Below, piece by piece: positions 35,462 to 47,390 of a stretch of DNA of 64,000 nucleotides. This stretch comes from Octopus bimaculoides. Taxonomy: Eukaryota. Position numbers and translations under genes: made by a program. The first letter of the stretch is position 1. Every line of letters begins with the position of its first letter. Below the pieces are notes generated by a model that worked only from the letters and a program-made list of their open reading frames with translations, was not told where the DNA came from and made no database searches. Where the stretch lies: contig NC_068986.1 in NCBI RefSeq assembly GCF_001194135.2, positions 754,006 to 818,005 of the forward strand, read 5' to 3'.

Positions 35462-35539
35462 TTAACCCTTAAACACTGCATTTCCTTTGCTTCTGCCCTG
35501 AATGGTGACATGATGCACCTACAGCATGCTAAGGGTTAA
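35462..35539. mobile_element. 78-bp piggyBac-like mini-element
   Basis: TTAA-CCCTTA...TAAGGG-TTAA. Confidence 0.6.
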
Positions 35540-36428
35540 CTGTGAAATTCAAAGTAGATTAAGCATGTAAATATTAGGGTTAAAAAGGATCCTCTTGGAT
35601 GGAAAAACTAGGCTGCTGCTCATGGGACTCCAACCCACATTTTCTACAAACATGACAGATGTTCATCGTATCAGATCTCTCCATCCATTTTAAAAGCTTT
35701 TTTTATTCGGAGCAAGAATTGTATATTGCTTACATCGTAAGAATCTGTTATTTATTCTTATATAAACTGATAGTCCTGTGAATATTTTAATCTGTAACTA
35801 ACGAACAATTTAAAAACACTGAACAGAAAAGTGAATTTTAATTTGAAGATACTCAGTGACTTGCAGAACCAGTGAGGTGTCAACCCAAAGGCTTTGGGGT
35901 ATGTGATGTGGTTCTTTATGTTCTATGTTGGTGGTGTCAATTTGGCTCTTCGTGCTTCTGGAAATCCAATTCCGTATATTACTGCTATTTGTTTATTCAA
36001 CATTGAACAGAAGAAATAAACAATTGACCTTGATAGTTATGGCTGCAAGTTTATATCCTAAGTAATTGTTTCTAAGAAAGGCACAAGGACTGGAATTTGT
36101 CGTTGACTGTCAAAATGTAAGGCAAGGTAAATTATCTCCCTTTGCTTTCTGAAAATGAAGACTCTTCAACTATTACGCAGCATCTTCCTCTCTTAAGATG
36201 GGTTATCACATTCACTGATCATAAATTGATTTCAGGAATCAATTTATTACCAGTGCAATTTCAGGATTGCTTAAACTCTTTTCAATTCACTCAACCAAAC
36301 TCAGAAATTGTTTCATTTTACTAAATACATGATTTGAAGATTGATGAAGGCTCTTAAAGTTAGTGATTCAAAATGGAACTTAGTAAGGAAAACAGTAGTA
36401 CATGAAGACAAAACATTTTGTTAATTAC

Positions 36429-36583
36429 TTAACCCTTTAGCATTCAGACTACTCTGTCAAATGTAATGCTTATTTATTCACGTAGTTTTGAATTAATTGC
36501 ATGTCTTGTAGCTCCATAATTTCGATGGATGTGTCAAATCTGGCAGGTTTGAGCACAAAACAGGTACAATATTTAGGCTGGTT
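36429..36583. mobile_element. piggyBac-like MITE, truncated
   Basis: TTAACCCTTTAGCATTCAGACTACTCTGTCAAATGTAATGCTTATTTATTCAC. Confidence 0.75.
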
Positions 36584-38742
36584 TAATGACTTGTAGGAAC
36601 ACTGTATTTCGTTATGCAGCCACAATACATTACAAAGTATATTAAATGCTGTGTTAGCAGTGTTGTTAAATCACTTGCTACGGTTATCTCTACGGATTTT
36701 TTTATAGAAATAATAACCAGCACTGATTTGTTACGTTTTGTATCCTATAAAGCGTTTAATATATTTTGTAGTATATCATGGTTGCATAAATAAATATGGT
36801 GTCCCTACAAGTCATAAATATGTGCGTACCAGCTGCTAGGAATGTGTTCAATATGTAAAATTGGTATATCCATGTTACACTGTTATATTTGGTGGCTGTT
36901 TGAGCATTGCGGTTGTAGATGTTTAACGGCTTGGATGTGGAGCTGAAGGAACAAGAACTTGAAATATAGCATAGACACCCATTCTTCCATTGCATTGTTG
37001 TTTACATTAAACATATTTGGATATGAAACCTAACAAATCAGCAGTGGCTATAATTTCTACAGAAAATTTGTTGTGATAACCTTAACAAAAACGGCTGCTT
37101 TAAATGCTAAAAGGTTAATAAGTACTAGAGAACTGCTGATGTCAAAAAGCCTGATAATAATCCTTTCTACAAAAGGTCTGAAATTTTTTTTGTAAGGGTT
37201 AGTCAATTACATCAACCCCAGGGCTCAATTGGTATTTATTTTATTGACCTTGAAAAAAAGAATCTGGTAGACAGAAAATGCAAGAAGCTTATAAAAGTGT
37301 GTGTGCATATGCCTACACATCAATGTTTAGATATTTCATGCTCTCCACCCAAACCAATATCAGTGTGGAAAAATGGATGTTAAACTTTCCTCTTGGAAAC
37401 TGGAAGGTAGATATCAAATGGTAGAAATCTTGTCTTGTAATTCAGACAGCTCAAGTATCAATTCCAGAACACAGATATTACAAGAGATTATCCAAGAAGT
37501 TCCTTGATGCCAAGTGGATTGCACCAAAATTCTGTCCAGGGCAAGAATTTAGAAGCTTTGTTACACTCATACAAATAACATTTCCACCTTACTGGGGTGT
37601 TACAGAAACAATATTCAAGTCTAAAGAAAAATTGTTGATCCAAATATCTTGTCCCTAGTTAGAATGCTACTGGCATTTGACCAACTTTACAATTTCATAG
37701 TCTAATACCATTATAGTGATAGATGACAACACTTTGCATGACTAGCTTTATAATATCTCTACTTGGATGTTAACCAACCAACAAATAATATGCAATGATT
37801 TTCTACTCACCACTGTGATCCTTGTAAAGTTGCTTTAACCCTTAATAGGCCAAAAGTACATTAAAGTCATTAAGTTCAACACCTGCTATTCTGTTTCAGT
37901 GAAAGAACTTCCCACATTTTAAAATCCTCTGAATATTGCTCTTTTGATAAACTTAAGATCCTTAACTTTAAATTCAATTTTTTACAAATATTCCTACATG
38001 TTGACAGTGATAATACTTCACATAAAATATTGCTTTTATTATACTAGCCTGGCTGAGCTGGTTCAGAAATGCAATAACTTTCCATGTAGTTCTTCTGCAT
38101 GCTTTGTAAGTGGTGGTTGGCTACCCGTCCTTCCTTCACAGCCAACTATTCTACGCTAGAATAAATAAAATGTTTCTCAGTAACATTCATCACTTTCTTC
38201 ATCACTTAAATGTAGGCTATGAAATTGACATCTCACACAGTGGCAGATGTGGCTGCGTAGTTAAACTCAGATTTGGGATTCTGTCTCACTGCACAGCATT
38301 TTGGATGAATGCCTCCGACTCTATTCCAAGGCCAACTAATATCTTGTCAGTGAATTCCAGTAGGCAAAAACTATATGGAAGCCTGTCATATATACATATA
38401 TGGACTTCTGTAATTAATATATATATTATATAGGGTAATGGGTAAAGATTCCCTTCAGTCATGAATGACCAAGGGATTGCATCTAGAAAGTTCCCTTCCA
38501 AGGTACAAGTCCAGGCAAGGTTTTTTGTAGAAGCCAACAATCACTCCTTCTCCATGCTACAGATGGTGTCCAAGTGGAAATGCCAATAGCATTACAACTG
38601 ATTGAACTGTGGTAACATGAAATAATGGATCTTGCTCAAGAACACAATGTACAGCCTGATCCAGGAATCAAACTCCCAACCTCATGAAACCTGATGCTCT
38701 AACTATTGAGCCATGTATCTTCTCATATACATTTATATATAT

Positions 38743-39175
38743 CATCATCATTTAACGTCTGCTTTCCATGCTAGCATGGACTGGACGATTTGACTGAGGA
38801 CTGGTGAAACCAGATGGCTACACCAGGCTCCAATCTGATCTGGCAGAGTTTCTACGGTTGGATGCCCTTCCTAACGCCAACCACCCCGAGAATGTAGTGG
38901 GTGCTTTTACGTGCCACCAGCACGAAGGCCAGTCAGGTGGTACTGGCAACGGCCATGCTCAAAATGGTGTATTTTATGTGCCACCTGCACAGGAGCCAGT
39001 CCAACGGCACTGGCAACGATCTCACTCGAATGTCTTTACACGTGCCAGAAAGGCGACGCTGGGCACAGGTGCCATTGACGGTTTCGCTTGGCCCAACAGG
39101 TCTTCACAAGCAGAGTTTCATGTCCTGCACAGGAGCCAGTCCAGCGGCACTGACAACGATCTTGCTTGAATGTCT
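38743..39175 (-). mobile_element. RTE-tailed SINE, long young copy with tandem structured modules
   Basis: Same tail as 2087 and 61334, plus three related 52-58 nt units (38900-38951, 38966-39018, 39118-39158). Confidence 0.9.
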
Positions 39176-39754
39176 TTGGCAATTCTGTCAACAAATTGTC
39201 CTCTAGCTCTGCACTACTGAAGATGAATGGAATGAAAAATCCATTATTTGAAAAACATGTAACGGTTAGTAACATAAAGGGCATCTGGCTATAAAGAGAA
39301 TGCCTTGATAATATTCATTCATTTCTTATCCATAAAATGGATAAGAAACGAATGACTGAATAAAGAGCCACACTTATTTACAAAAAATTTCTTAAACAAG
39401 AAAAATATAGAAGAGTTTCTACTTTAAGCTCTATTTTGGAATAAATGTAACAAGAGGAAATAAAAATGTTAACTTCTTGGGGAGGCTTAACAAATACAAA
39501 GGAATCCTTTGACAAATATTGCAAACACTGAAAATGAAAAACCTCAGAAGATTCCAGGACAGACGCAGCACTAGTGAAGATAAACAGTTTTATTCCGTTT
39601 TGGGTAGATCTCTGTAAAATATGATTATTGTAACTACAAACATTTTTTAATGGATATGCATATATAATTGTTTTATATATATACATACACATATCAAAAA
39701 CATCTTTTTATAATTTTGTTTTTGTTTTTTTTGGGTTTTTTTTTTTTTTTTTTT

Positions 39755-40153
39755 NNNNNNNNNNNNNNNNNNNNNNNNNNNNNNNNNNNNNNNNNNNNNN
39801 NNNNNNNNNNNNNNNNNNNNNNNNNNNNNNNNNNNNNNNNNNNNNNNNNNNNNNNNNNNNNNNNNNNNNNNNNNNNNNNNNNNNNNNNNNNNNNNNNNNN
39901 NNNNNNNNNNNNNNNNNNNNNNNNNNNNNNNNNNNNNNNNNNNNNNNNNNNNNNNNNNNNNNNNNNNNNNNNNNNNNNNNNNNNNNNNNNNNNNNNNNNN
40001 NNNNNNNNNNNNNNNNNNNNNNNNNNNNNNNNNNNNNNNNNNNNNNNNNNNNNNNNNNNNNNNNNNNNNNNNNNNNNNNNNNNNNNNNNNNNNNNNNNNN
40101 NNNNNNNNNNNNNNNNNNNNNNNNNNNNNNNNNNNNNNNNNNNNNNNNNNNNN
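39755..40153. other. assembly gap (N run)
   Basis: Ns between poly-T and (TA)n. Confidence 1.
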
Positions 40154-40419
40154 ATATATATATATATATATATACGTGTATGTGTGTGTGTTTGAATTTT
40201 GTGTACAGTTAAGTACAGAAGCTATGAAACCATGTGGAATGTTCTTAAGAATTCTGCATGAGAAAAACAATAACAGAAACTAGTATCTCCATCCTAGGTT
40301 AAATGCAAACATTTGTTTGTATTCGTTTTTATATATTTTTTTTTATGGGTGGGGCTTTAGATTTTTCTTTCTTTTTTTTTAACAGAATCTTTCACCACAA
40401 AAAAAAAAAATAAGAGGGA

Positions 40420-42399
40420 AAAGTTACTGTACACATTTTTAATAAGTGTGCCGGTGGCCTGCATGCTATTATCAGTACAACTGACAGCCTACCACAACAA
40501 TAATCACAAGAAAACTGCGATCAAAACTTATAGCACCCCCATCATTATCGAACTAGCATAATATTTATCAGGCTACCTAAATAAATAACTGATTACTAAT
40601 AAAGATGCACTTTTAAAAGTAGACTTAATATATAATTCGGTTTTGATAAGAACACAACTACACTCATGATATTTGTGTCGGAATTAGTAACAGCAATAAC
40701 TCGGATTATTAAGGTTAAACTTTTTCACACAAAAAGAATGGATGAGCATTTTAATAGAGATTTTTATCTTGAAATTTCAGAATCCAAATTATCAATCTCA
40801 TAGGTATAAAATGGACTCTTTTCCAACAACTTGTAACATTAAAATTATGCTTTATCATCAAAACAAAAAATGATGAACCAATGAAAAGCTCTGCTGTAGT
40901 AGTGCAGATAATTATTTCTATATATATTACTAGCAAAAATAACTGTTTTATTTCATTGCTTAATTATATTAGTATCCAGTAAGAGAGATATGCTTCCATT
41001 CATATCATAATCTAATTGTGTGTTTGATAAGAGAAAATACAGAGGCTTTTTATCCCAGAAAATTTTCAATTTTTATTGATACTGATTCTTTTTATTTTTT
41101 AGAAATAAAAATCTAAAATAAAAAAATGGAATAAAGACAGAAAATTTCCAACTGGGATGTTAACTTTAATGGTCAGCATAATCACTTGCTGCTGTTCTAA
41201 TGGTCACATTATCAGTTATTGTGCAGCAGTGATGCTGGACACGGTTTTCCTTGACCAAGCCAGGGAGTGTGTGTGTCATGTCACATGTCATTACCAGAGA
41301 TACTGGCTACAGCTACTAGTTCTGGGAGCTGGCCTCATAGTAAGAAAAGTTTATTTCTTAAGTCTCATACCCTGAGAGAAGCTAGTTTTAATACTGAAAA
41401 AATTAGTAGACAAACATGAACAGAGAGAATTACAAAATACAAGATGAGATAGGGAGGAGATGCAGTGGCTAGCATGCAATAAAAGAGTTGGAAAAGAGGG
41501 GGGCAACGAAACAAAGGCTCTTGGTTTAAATACATCAATGAAAGCTGATTAAAAAGAAAAAGCTATGAAACAACTTTACCTTTAATGTACAAATAACTAG
41601 TAAGGCCTTTGGCACAGAGTTATTGGATGAAATAATTCAAACAAACATGTATATGTAGGTACACTCAACTAAACAGCACAAGTACAAAGGGTACTTACAA
41701 GAAAAAAAGGCAAAAAAAAATACACACTTGAAAACCAAGATAGAATTTCGTGAAGAATTCATGCACACATGCCCTTATGTGCATTCGGTGAATCTGAAAG
41801 TTAATTCTGATTCCTTTCCAACTAGTTTCTCTAAAATGACATTTCAAAATCAAAACTAAAAATACCAAATAAGAGCACCTATAAAAGGCAAAAAAAAAAA
41901 AAAGTAAAAATAAATATCAACAGTTTTGAAGGAAGGCAGACATCTAGGCAAATAAAAGCAGTGGGAGAAGATAAAGAAAGGAGTCGGTAATGCCTTGAGC
42001 AAGTTGTTAATACAACTGTTTTTTTTCAAGATTAACACCACTCGTTAGAATGATTGCTGTTACAATTCATTTCCATGGTACCAATGCAATATTTTGCAGG
42101 CTGCTTCTTCATTTCTGCTACTCTTCTGCCCAATCACTTTCTTCATCAATAAGATAATCAACGAAAGTTTGTTTTTCTTTTTCTTTTTTTTCTTTTTTAT
42201 GTTGGTGTGTGTGAGTCATGTGTAGATTAAACAAGATTTGAACCAATGTAAACACAGCAGTCTTCCACAATTACTCTGCGACTGTGATCGGGAAATATGT
42301 AGCAGCTGCAGATTTGACATGAAAAGGTTACAATTGTGACAAAAGTTTCACTAAGCTTTCCATGTAGGTTGTAAATGCTTTACCAAATCTTCATAATTG
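40420..42399 (-). other. probable long 3'UTR of PPM1A/B, with ATTAAA at 40443-40438 followed by a U-rich downstream element
   Basis: Minus strand is U-rich and repeat-poor; the ATTAAA, CA and poly-U arrangement fits a cleavage site near 40420. Confidence 0.35.
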
Positions 42400-42408
42400 T
42401 CAGTCTTC
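42351..42408 (-). CDS. PPM1A/PPM1B: PPM1A/B candidate distal terminal exon (phase 0: ED*, stop ending 42400; phase 2 after the 43979-43942 exon: RKTDNYEDLVKHLQPTWKA*)
   Basis: Acceptor TTCTCACTTACCTAG|GAAGAC; lies at the start of the UTR-like region. Confidence 0.45.
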
Positions 42409-43937
42409 CTAGGTAAGTGAGAATTGCCAATTCTAAGAATCAGGTCTATTATTAACAGGCAAAAATTATTTTGATACATGTTAAAAAAACAAACAAAACA
42501 AAATGAATGAACTGTAACAATAATGGCAACTTAGAAATACATCCACAGTTTACTTTTCTTTCTTCTTCAAATTGGCTTTCTTATTCAATTTAGAGATATT
42601 TGTTTTGGGAAGGAGGGGAGTTGGTGACCAAATTGATGAAAATTAGAATCTAAAAACCTAATTTGAGGTGGAAGCATTCCAATCACAAAAGATAAATTTA
42701 CATGATTCTTAAAAAGTATGATACATTTTTCCCTTTTTATTTCATGTTTTAAATTCAAAAGAAAAATACTAATTTTTTCATTTAACACTTTTTGAGATTG
42801 GAGAAAGAATTTAAAAATGTTAACATTTCATAATTTTCAAAAATCTTACAGAAGTACTTTTTCTCTCATTCCGTACACTATCCTCCCCAGATGTTATTAC
42901 AGGAAGAGGAGGAAGCCTTACCAATCCCCCAAAAACATAATAAAAGCATTAAAAAAAAAACAAAAAAAAAACAATCCTCCAAGCTGATTAGTAAATCCTA
43001 ATTATTCAAAGAGGATACAGTGTATAAAATTAAAAGTGTCTGACAGTGAAGAAGAGGATCAAGAACATCGTTTTCTTATTGAAACCAGCTTAGAGATAGA
43101 ATTTGGAGAAAAAGGAGTGGAAGGAGATAAGAACAAAGACAAAATGAGCAAGTGAAACATGACAGTGTGTATCTGTTCTCTTCCTTGATTGTATGTCCTA
43201 AAACAAGCTCTCTCTCTCTCTCTCTCTCTCAGTAGAATGCCTCTTTCTACAGCTCATTTCATCCCCTGATTTTATTTTTAAATTTACATTTTTTTTTTCT
43301 AATGATATCAATTAAAATAAAAAGTCTTTTTCTACATCATTTTTCACTTGTACACATCTATGGAGATCTGCATCAGTGACCACCAAAGTGCCAGTATTAG
43401 TGGTGAGTTGTAGCAGAGTAATAACAGTGGTATAATAATTGGTAAGAGAAATGATGATAAGAGCAGTCTTAACAAGAGTAATGTTTATAGCTGTAAGAGT
43501 CATAGCAGTAGTCATGTGACAGGAAGTGGTTGGTAGGTGTTGGTACATGAGTTTCTATAAAACCATCATTCAATCTTCTCAGTACAGCTCATTAATCACT
43601 ACAGAAGCTCTAGAAAAGGGAAAACAAAAAAAGAGAAAAAAAAGGAACAAGTGATCAGACAAACTAACAGAGATGGAGTAACAACAAAATAACTGATAAA
43701 GAATATTAGAGTAGAGAAGAGAGAAATCACAATTAGTATTATTTCACTGAGGAATGTCAACAACAAAGAGAGGATAAACAGTGTTATTTCAGGAGAGAGC
43801 AGCAAAAGCAAATTGATTTTTATTGAGAGATCTTCTCAAACACACAAACGGACATCAGTTGAAAGCTGACGGGAAACAAACGACAGATTATGGTGTCCTC
43901 CAAAGACAATCTGTTAGTAACGACAAGCTTCAAGTGT

Positions 43938-43979
43938 TTACCTCCCCTTGCTAATAATACAGACTTTTGTCTTATTTGG
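43938..43979 (-). CDS. PPM1A/PPM1B: PPM1A/B candidate alternative exon (PNKTKVCIISKGR*), with an internal donor at 43942
   Basis: Strong acceptor TTTCACTGTTTTCTCGATTCCAG|CCA in phase 0; donor GGAG|GTAAAC; AATAAA at 43824-43819. Confidence 0.4.
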   Translation of the reverse strand, partial: PNKTKVCIISKGR

Positions 43980-45532
43980 CTGGAATCGAGAAAACAGTGA
44001 AATGCATTTATTCTCAGGCATTATTTAAACTTCTAAAAATAAGGCTTACAAACACTTAAGGGTTATGAAAGATTGATCTTGAAAGACAGGGGTAAATCAA
44101 AATTAGGAACATGCACACTAGCTTTGTAAGAATATGTTGAACAGAGATTTCCACCTAAGAGAACAGAAAAATATGAAGGTAAACATATGTATTTAACATT
44201 TGTTAACCAAGAAAATGCTTTTTAATGCAGTAAACACTGCTATAATCATATCAAGGTATATGGTTCATTGTACCTAATCTCCCCATTATATGTAGAAAGG
44301 ATATTCAATGCATCTTTCTTTGAAATTCCTCCAGCACTTGGGTTTTCAGTAATTTCAAATTGTAAGAACTTGAACAATTGGCTATTTACCATTTTGGGTG
44401 CTGATGATGTATTTCCTATTGTGCAATGCAAGGAAAATTGGAGAAGCTTCAAACTATGGTTGGTAGGTGAGGGATATTAAAATGAGGGTTTAGAAAAAAA
44501 AAAAAATGGTGAAGAACAAATTGGCTAATCTGAAGCTGAAAGGAACATAGAAACTAGAAGAAGAAGAGTGTAAAAGAAAGGTATTCACTTCCTTAACAAA
44601 ACTGATAATTTTATACCAAATATAGAGAAAATGTGAAAAAATCTTTGAACAAAAAATATCATAGAAAATAGTTAAGATATGTTTTTTTTTTATTTAAAGT
44701 AAATAAAATTATTCTATTTCTTTTACTGATCTTTAAATATTTTCAGTTGGAGCATTATAAATGCTTTTTATTTTTTTGCTTTTTTTCCTTTTTTTTTTAA
44801 ACCTTTGTTGGTTTTAATGAAATAGTTAAACAGAAAAAACATATACAAATCAGATATGAAGCATCAACATTCCAATATTTAATAAGATAACCCTTTGATT
44901 AGTTAAATATTTTAGCAACAACTTTATATAAAATCAAGTAAGTAATCAGGTAAGAAATGTAGCAATTTATTATTCTAAGAAAATAACAATAAATTAGATA
45001 ATTAACATTATAACGATGCTGAAATGTTCTACTTTAAAAGCATCACCAATCTAATCTGTTACAGAAGGAAAACAATGGTCTTCTGTTATTTAAAAAAAAA
45101 ATGGAGAGCTGGGAACAAATACTGTTCGTTAAAAAATGGAAGAGGAACTGAAATTTTGTGCATCAATACCAGCATAAATACTGATCTAGTTAGGCCTTAA
45201 ATAAAGAGCATATTGATGTCATTTGTTTTCACTCATAAGAAAGCAATTTTACAGCCAGGGTTCTAAACATACAAGGAGATGTGTAAGACAATTAGCTTGA
45301 AATTAAAAATACAGGTTTCAAGTTATCTCATTCATTTGTAAGTGAAGGAAAAATTAAATCAGTTCATTACTTTTTGCTCCATTAAATAAGGCTAAGATTG
45401 AACTGAAGTCAATGAAAGTGAAGAATTTGCAAGAAAAGAAAGCAAGAGGATTATGGCCAAAATTAACCAAGTGTTTTAGATTAGAGTGCTGCTTGTTGAG
45501 AAGGTCCAACCTTGAAAGGAGGCAGCCTCTAT

Positions 45533-45586
45533 TTAGAGCAGGCTGGATGGTCTGCCCATTGGTGAGTAGGCTTTAAGTTCGAGCTC
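45533..45586 (-). CDS. PPM1A/PPM1B: PPM1A/B candidate proximal terminal exon (ELELKAYSPMGRPSSLL*)
   Basis: Acceptor CTGTTTTTGATTTGCAG|GAG in phase 0, in a locally GC-richer block. Confidence 0.45.
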   Translation of the reverse strand, partial: ELELKAYSPMGRPSSLL

Positions 45587-45816
45587 CTGCAAATCAAAAA
45601 CAGTCCCTCATAAAATATTATTTAAAAGGAGTTAGAAGTAGAAAATATAATTTAAAGTTAGATAAAACTGAACATGAACCAAATTAGCTTTCACAAAAAA
45701 ACAATCTATTACAATAGAAGACAAATATTACACGGCGTAATATTTTGGAAACAAAAATGGTTGGCCTCCCCAATTAATGGCCAAGTATTGGCGCATTTGT
45801 CTTTTTTGTTTGTATC

Positions 45817-45868
<52 letters not shown>

Positions 45869-45962
45869 NNNNNNNNNNNNNNNNNNNNNNNNNNNNNNNN
45901 NNNNNNNNNNNNNNNNNNNNNNNNNNNNNNNNNNNNNNNNNNNNNNNNNNNNNNNNNNNNNN
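45869..45962. other. assembly gap inside a (TA)n microsatellite (about 45824-46070)
   Basis: Ns flanked by TA repeats. Confidence 1.
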
Positions 45963-46014
<52 letters not shown>

Positions 46015-46968
46015 TCACTATATTATATATTATATTAATATATATTATATATATATATATATATATTTTATATTATATTAATTGGAAGACTAAGGTAACA
46101 TTTTTGATACTATAGCATACTTAGATGTATTATCGTAAAATCATAAACCTGAATTTCATTTATAAGAGTTAAATACTAAAGCATCTTTGCTACTTCCAAC
46201 AATTTAACACTAGTAAGAAAATTGCCAGTAATTTATAATCACCAAAATATTTACATATAACTTCAAACAGTATTAATTTATTCAATTATATAATAATTTC
46301 TGTTCAATATTTCCTTCTTTAGCTGTTTCAATGCTTAATTTCATTTTTCTAAGCTTTGTTTTATTTTTGTTAACTGCCACCACAACTACCTCTACCCTTT
46401 CCTGCCCTCCCAGCTAATATGTATCTTTCCTACCTGTCCATACCTATTTCAGTTTTGAAAACAGTATCTGAAGGCATTAATTCAGGTAATAAGCACATTC
46501 AATGCTAGCCTTCCTTTATAATGCAGTTAGCAGAAACCTGCACCAAACTGCAACTTACAATCAATCAAGACCAATGGCTTGACAAATGCTTCTACACAAA
46601 TGGACAAATCTCATCTGATGCATATTTGTATATTATAAGAATACTGCCTCTAATGCTCTCATTTAACACAGACAGCATAAAGCAAGAAGTATTGACAATT
46701 TTTTTCTATTTGTAAGGTATTCTATTATGTTTTAAGAATCTTAAGACTATATATCTGCTTTATTTTTCATTATTTCTGATAATCATTTTTGTTTTTTTTT
46801 TATTATTCACTGACTGCTATTTTAACTATTTGCTTTTTAGCTATTCTCAGTTTACCTATATGCTAAGTATGAAGCTGACAATAAGCAACTGTTTGTGTTA
46901 GTTATTTCTCCAGTCCTCTGCAGTAATAAGAAATTATTTTTATAGTTGTGCATTTATATAATACTTAC

Positions 46969-47023
46969 ATCCTCAATTTTTCCCGGTCTGAGTCGCTTTA
47001 AAATACTTCCAACTGTCATTCTC
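46969..47023 (-). CDS. PPM1A/PPM1B: PPM1A/B exon ((K)RMTVGSILKRLRPGKIED)
   Basis: Acceptor TTTAATTTTTCAAG|G, donor GAT|GTAAGT; phase 2-0, 55 nt; corresponds to vertebrate KRNVIEAVY.RLNP; not in the ORF track. Confidence 0.88.
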
Positions 47024-47181
47024 CTTGAAAAATTAAAGAAAAAATTGTTCTTAGAAGTGTATAAAAAGACAAATCGTAAAATTATACAAACATAACAGAT
47101 AATTGAACATTTAGAGATAACAATTCTTTAATATGAGGAAAATTATTTATATCAGATTTTTATGGTTTCATTAAGAAAAAG

Positions 47182-47222
<41 letters not shown>

Positions 47223-47244
47223 AGAGAGAGAGAGAGAGAGAGAG

Positions 47245-47390
47245 AGTGGTTGGTATTAGGAAGGGCATCCAGCTGTAAAATCCCTGCCAAAACAGACACA
47301 GTAGCCTTGGTTAGATTTTCTACCTGGCTGGCTCCTGTCAACTGTCCTACCCATGCATGCATGGAATATGGGTGTTAAACGGTGATGATG
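47245..47390 (+). mobile_element. RTE-tailed SINE copy adjoining (TA)n(GA)n
   Basis: GTGGTTGGTATTAGGAAGGGCATCCAGCTGTAAAATCC...TGTCCTACCCATGCATGCATGGAATATGGGTGTTAAACGGTGATGATG. Confidence 0.85.

Noticed and set aside
38804-39206. 121-aa and 101-aa ORFs (MKPDGYTRLQSDLAEF..., echoed at 2160)
   Set aside because: Antisense readings of the GC-richer SINE; no coding context or splice support.
44246-44452. Protein-like minus ORF (...ITENPSAGGISKKDALNILSTYNGEIRY...)
   Set aside because: Not in the frame required by the phase-0 donor at 46969, and no recognisable homology.
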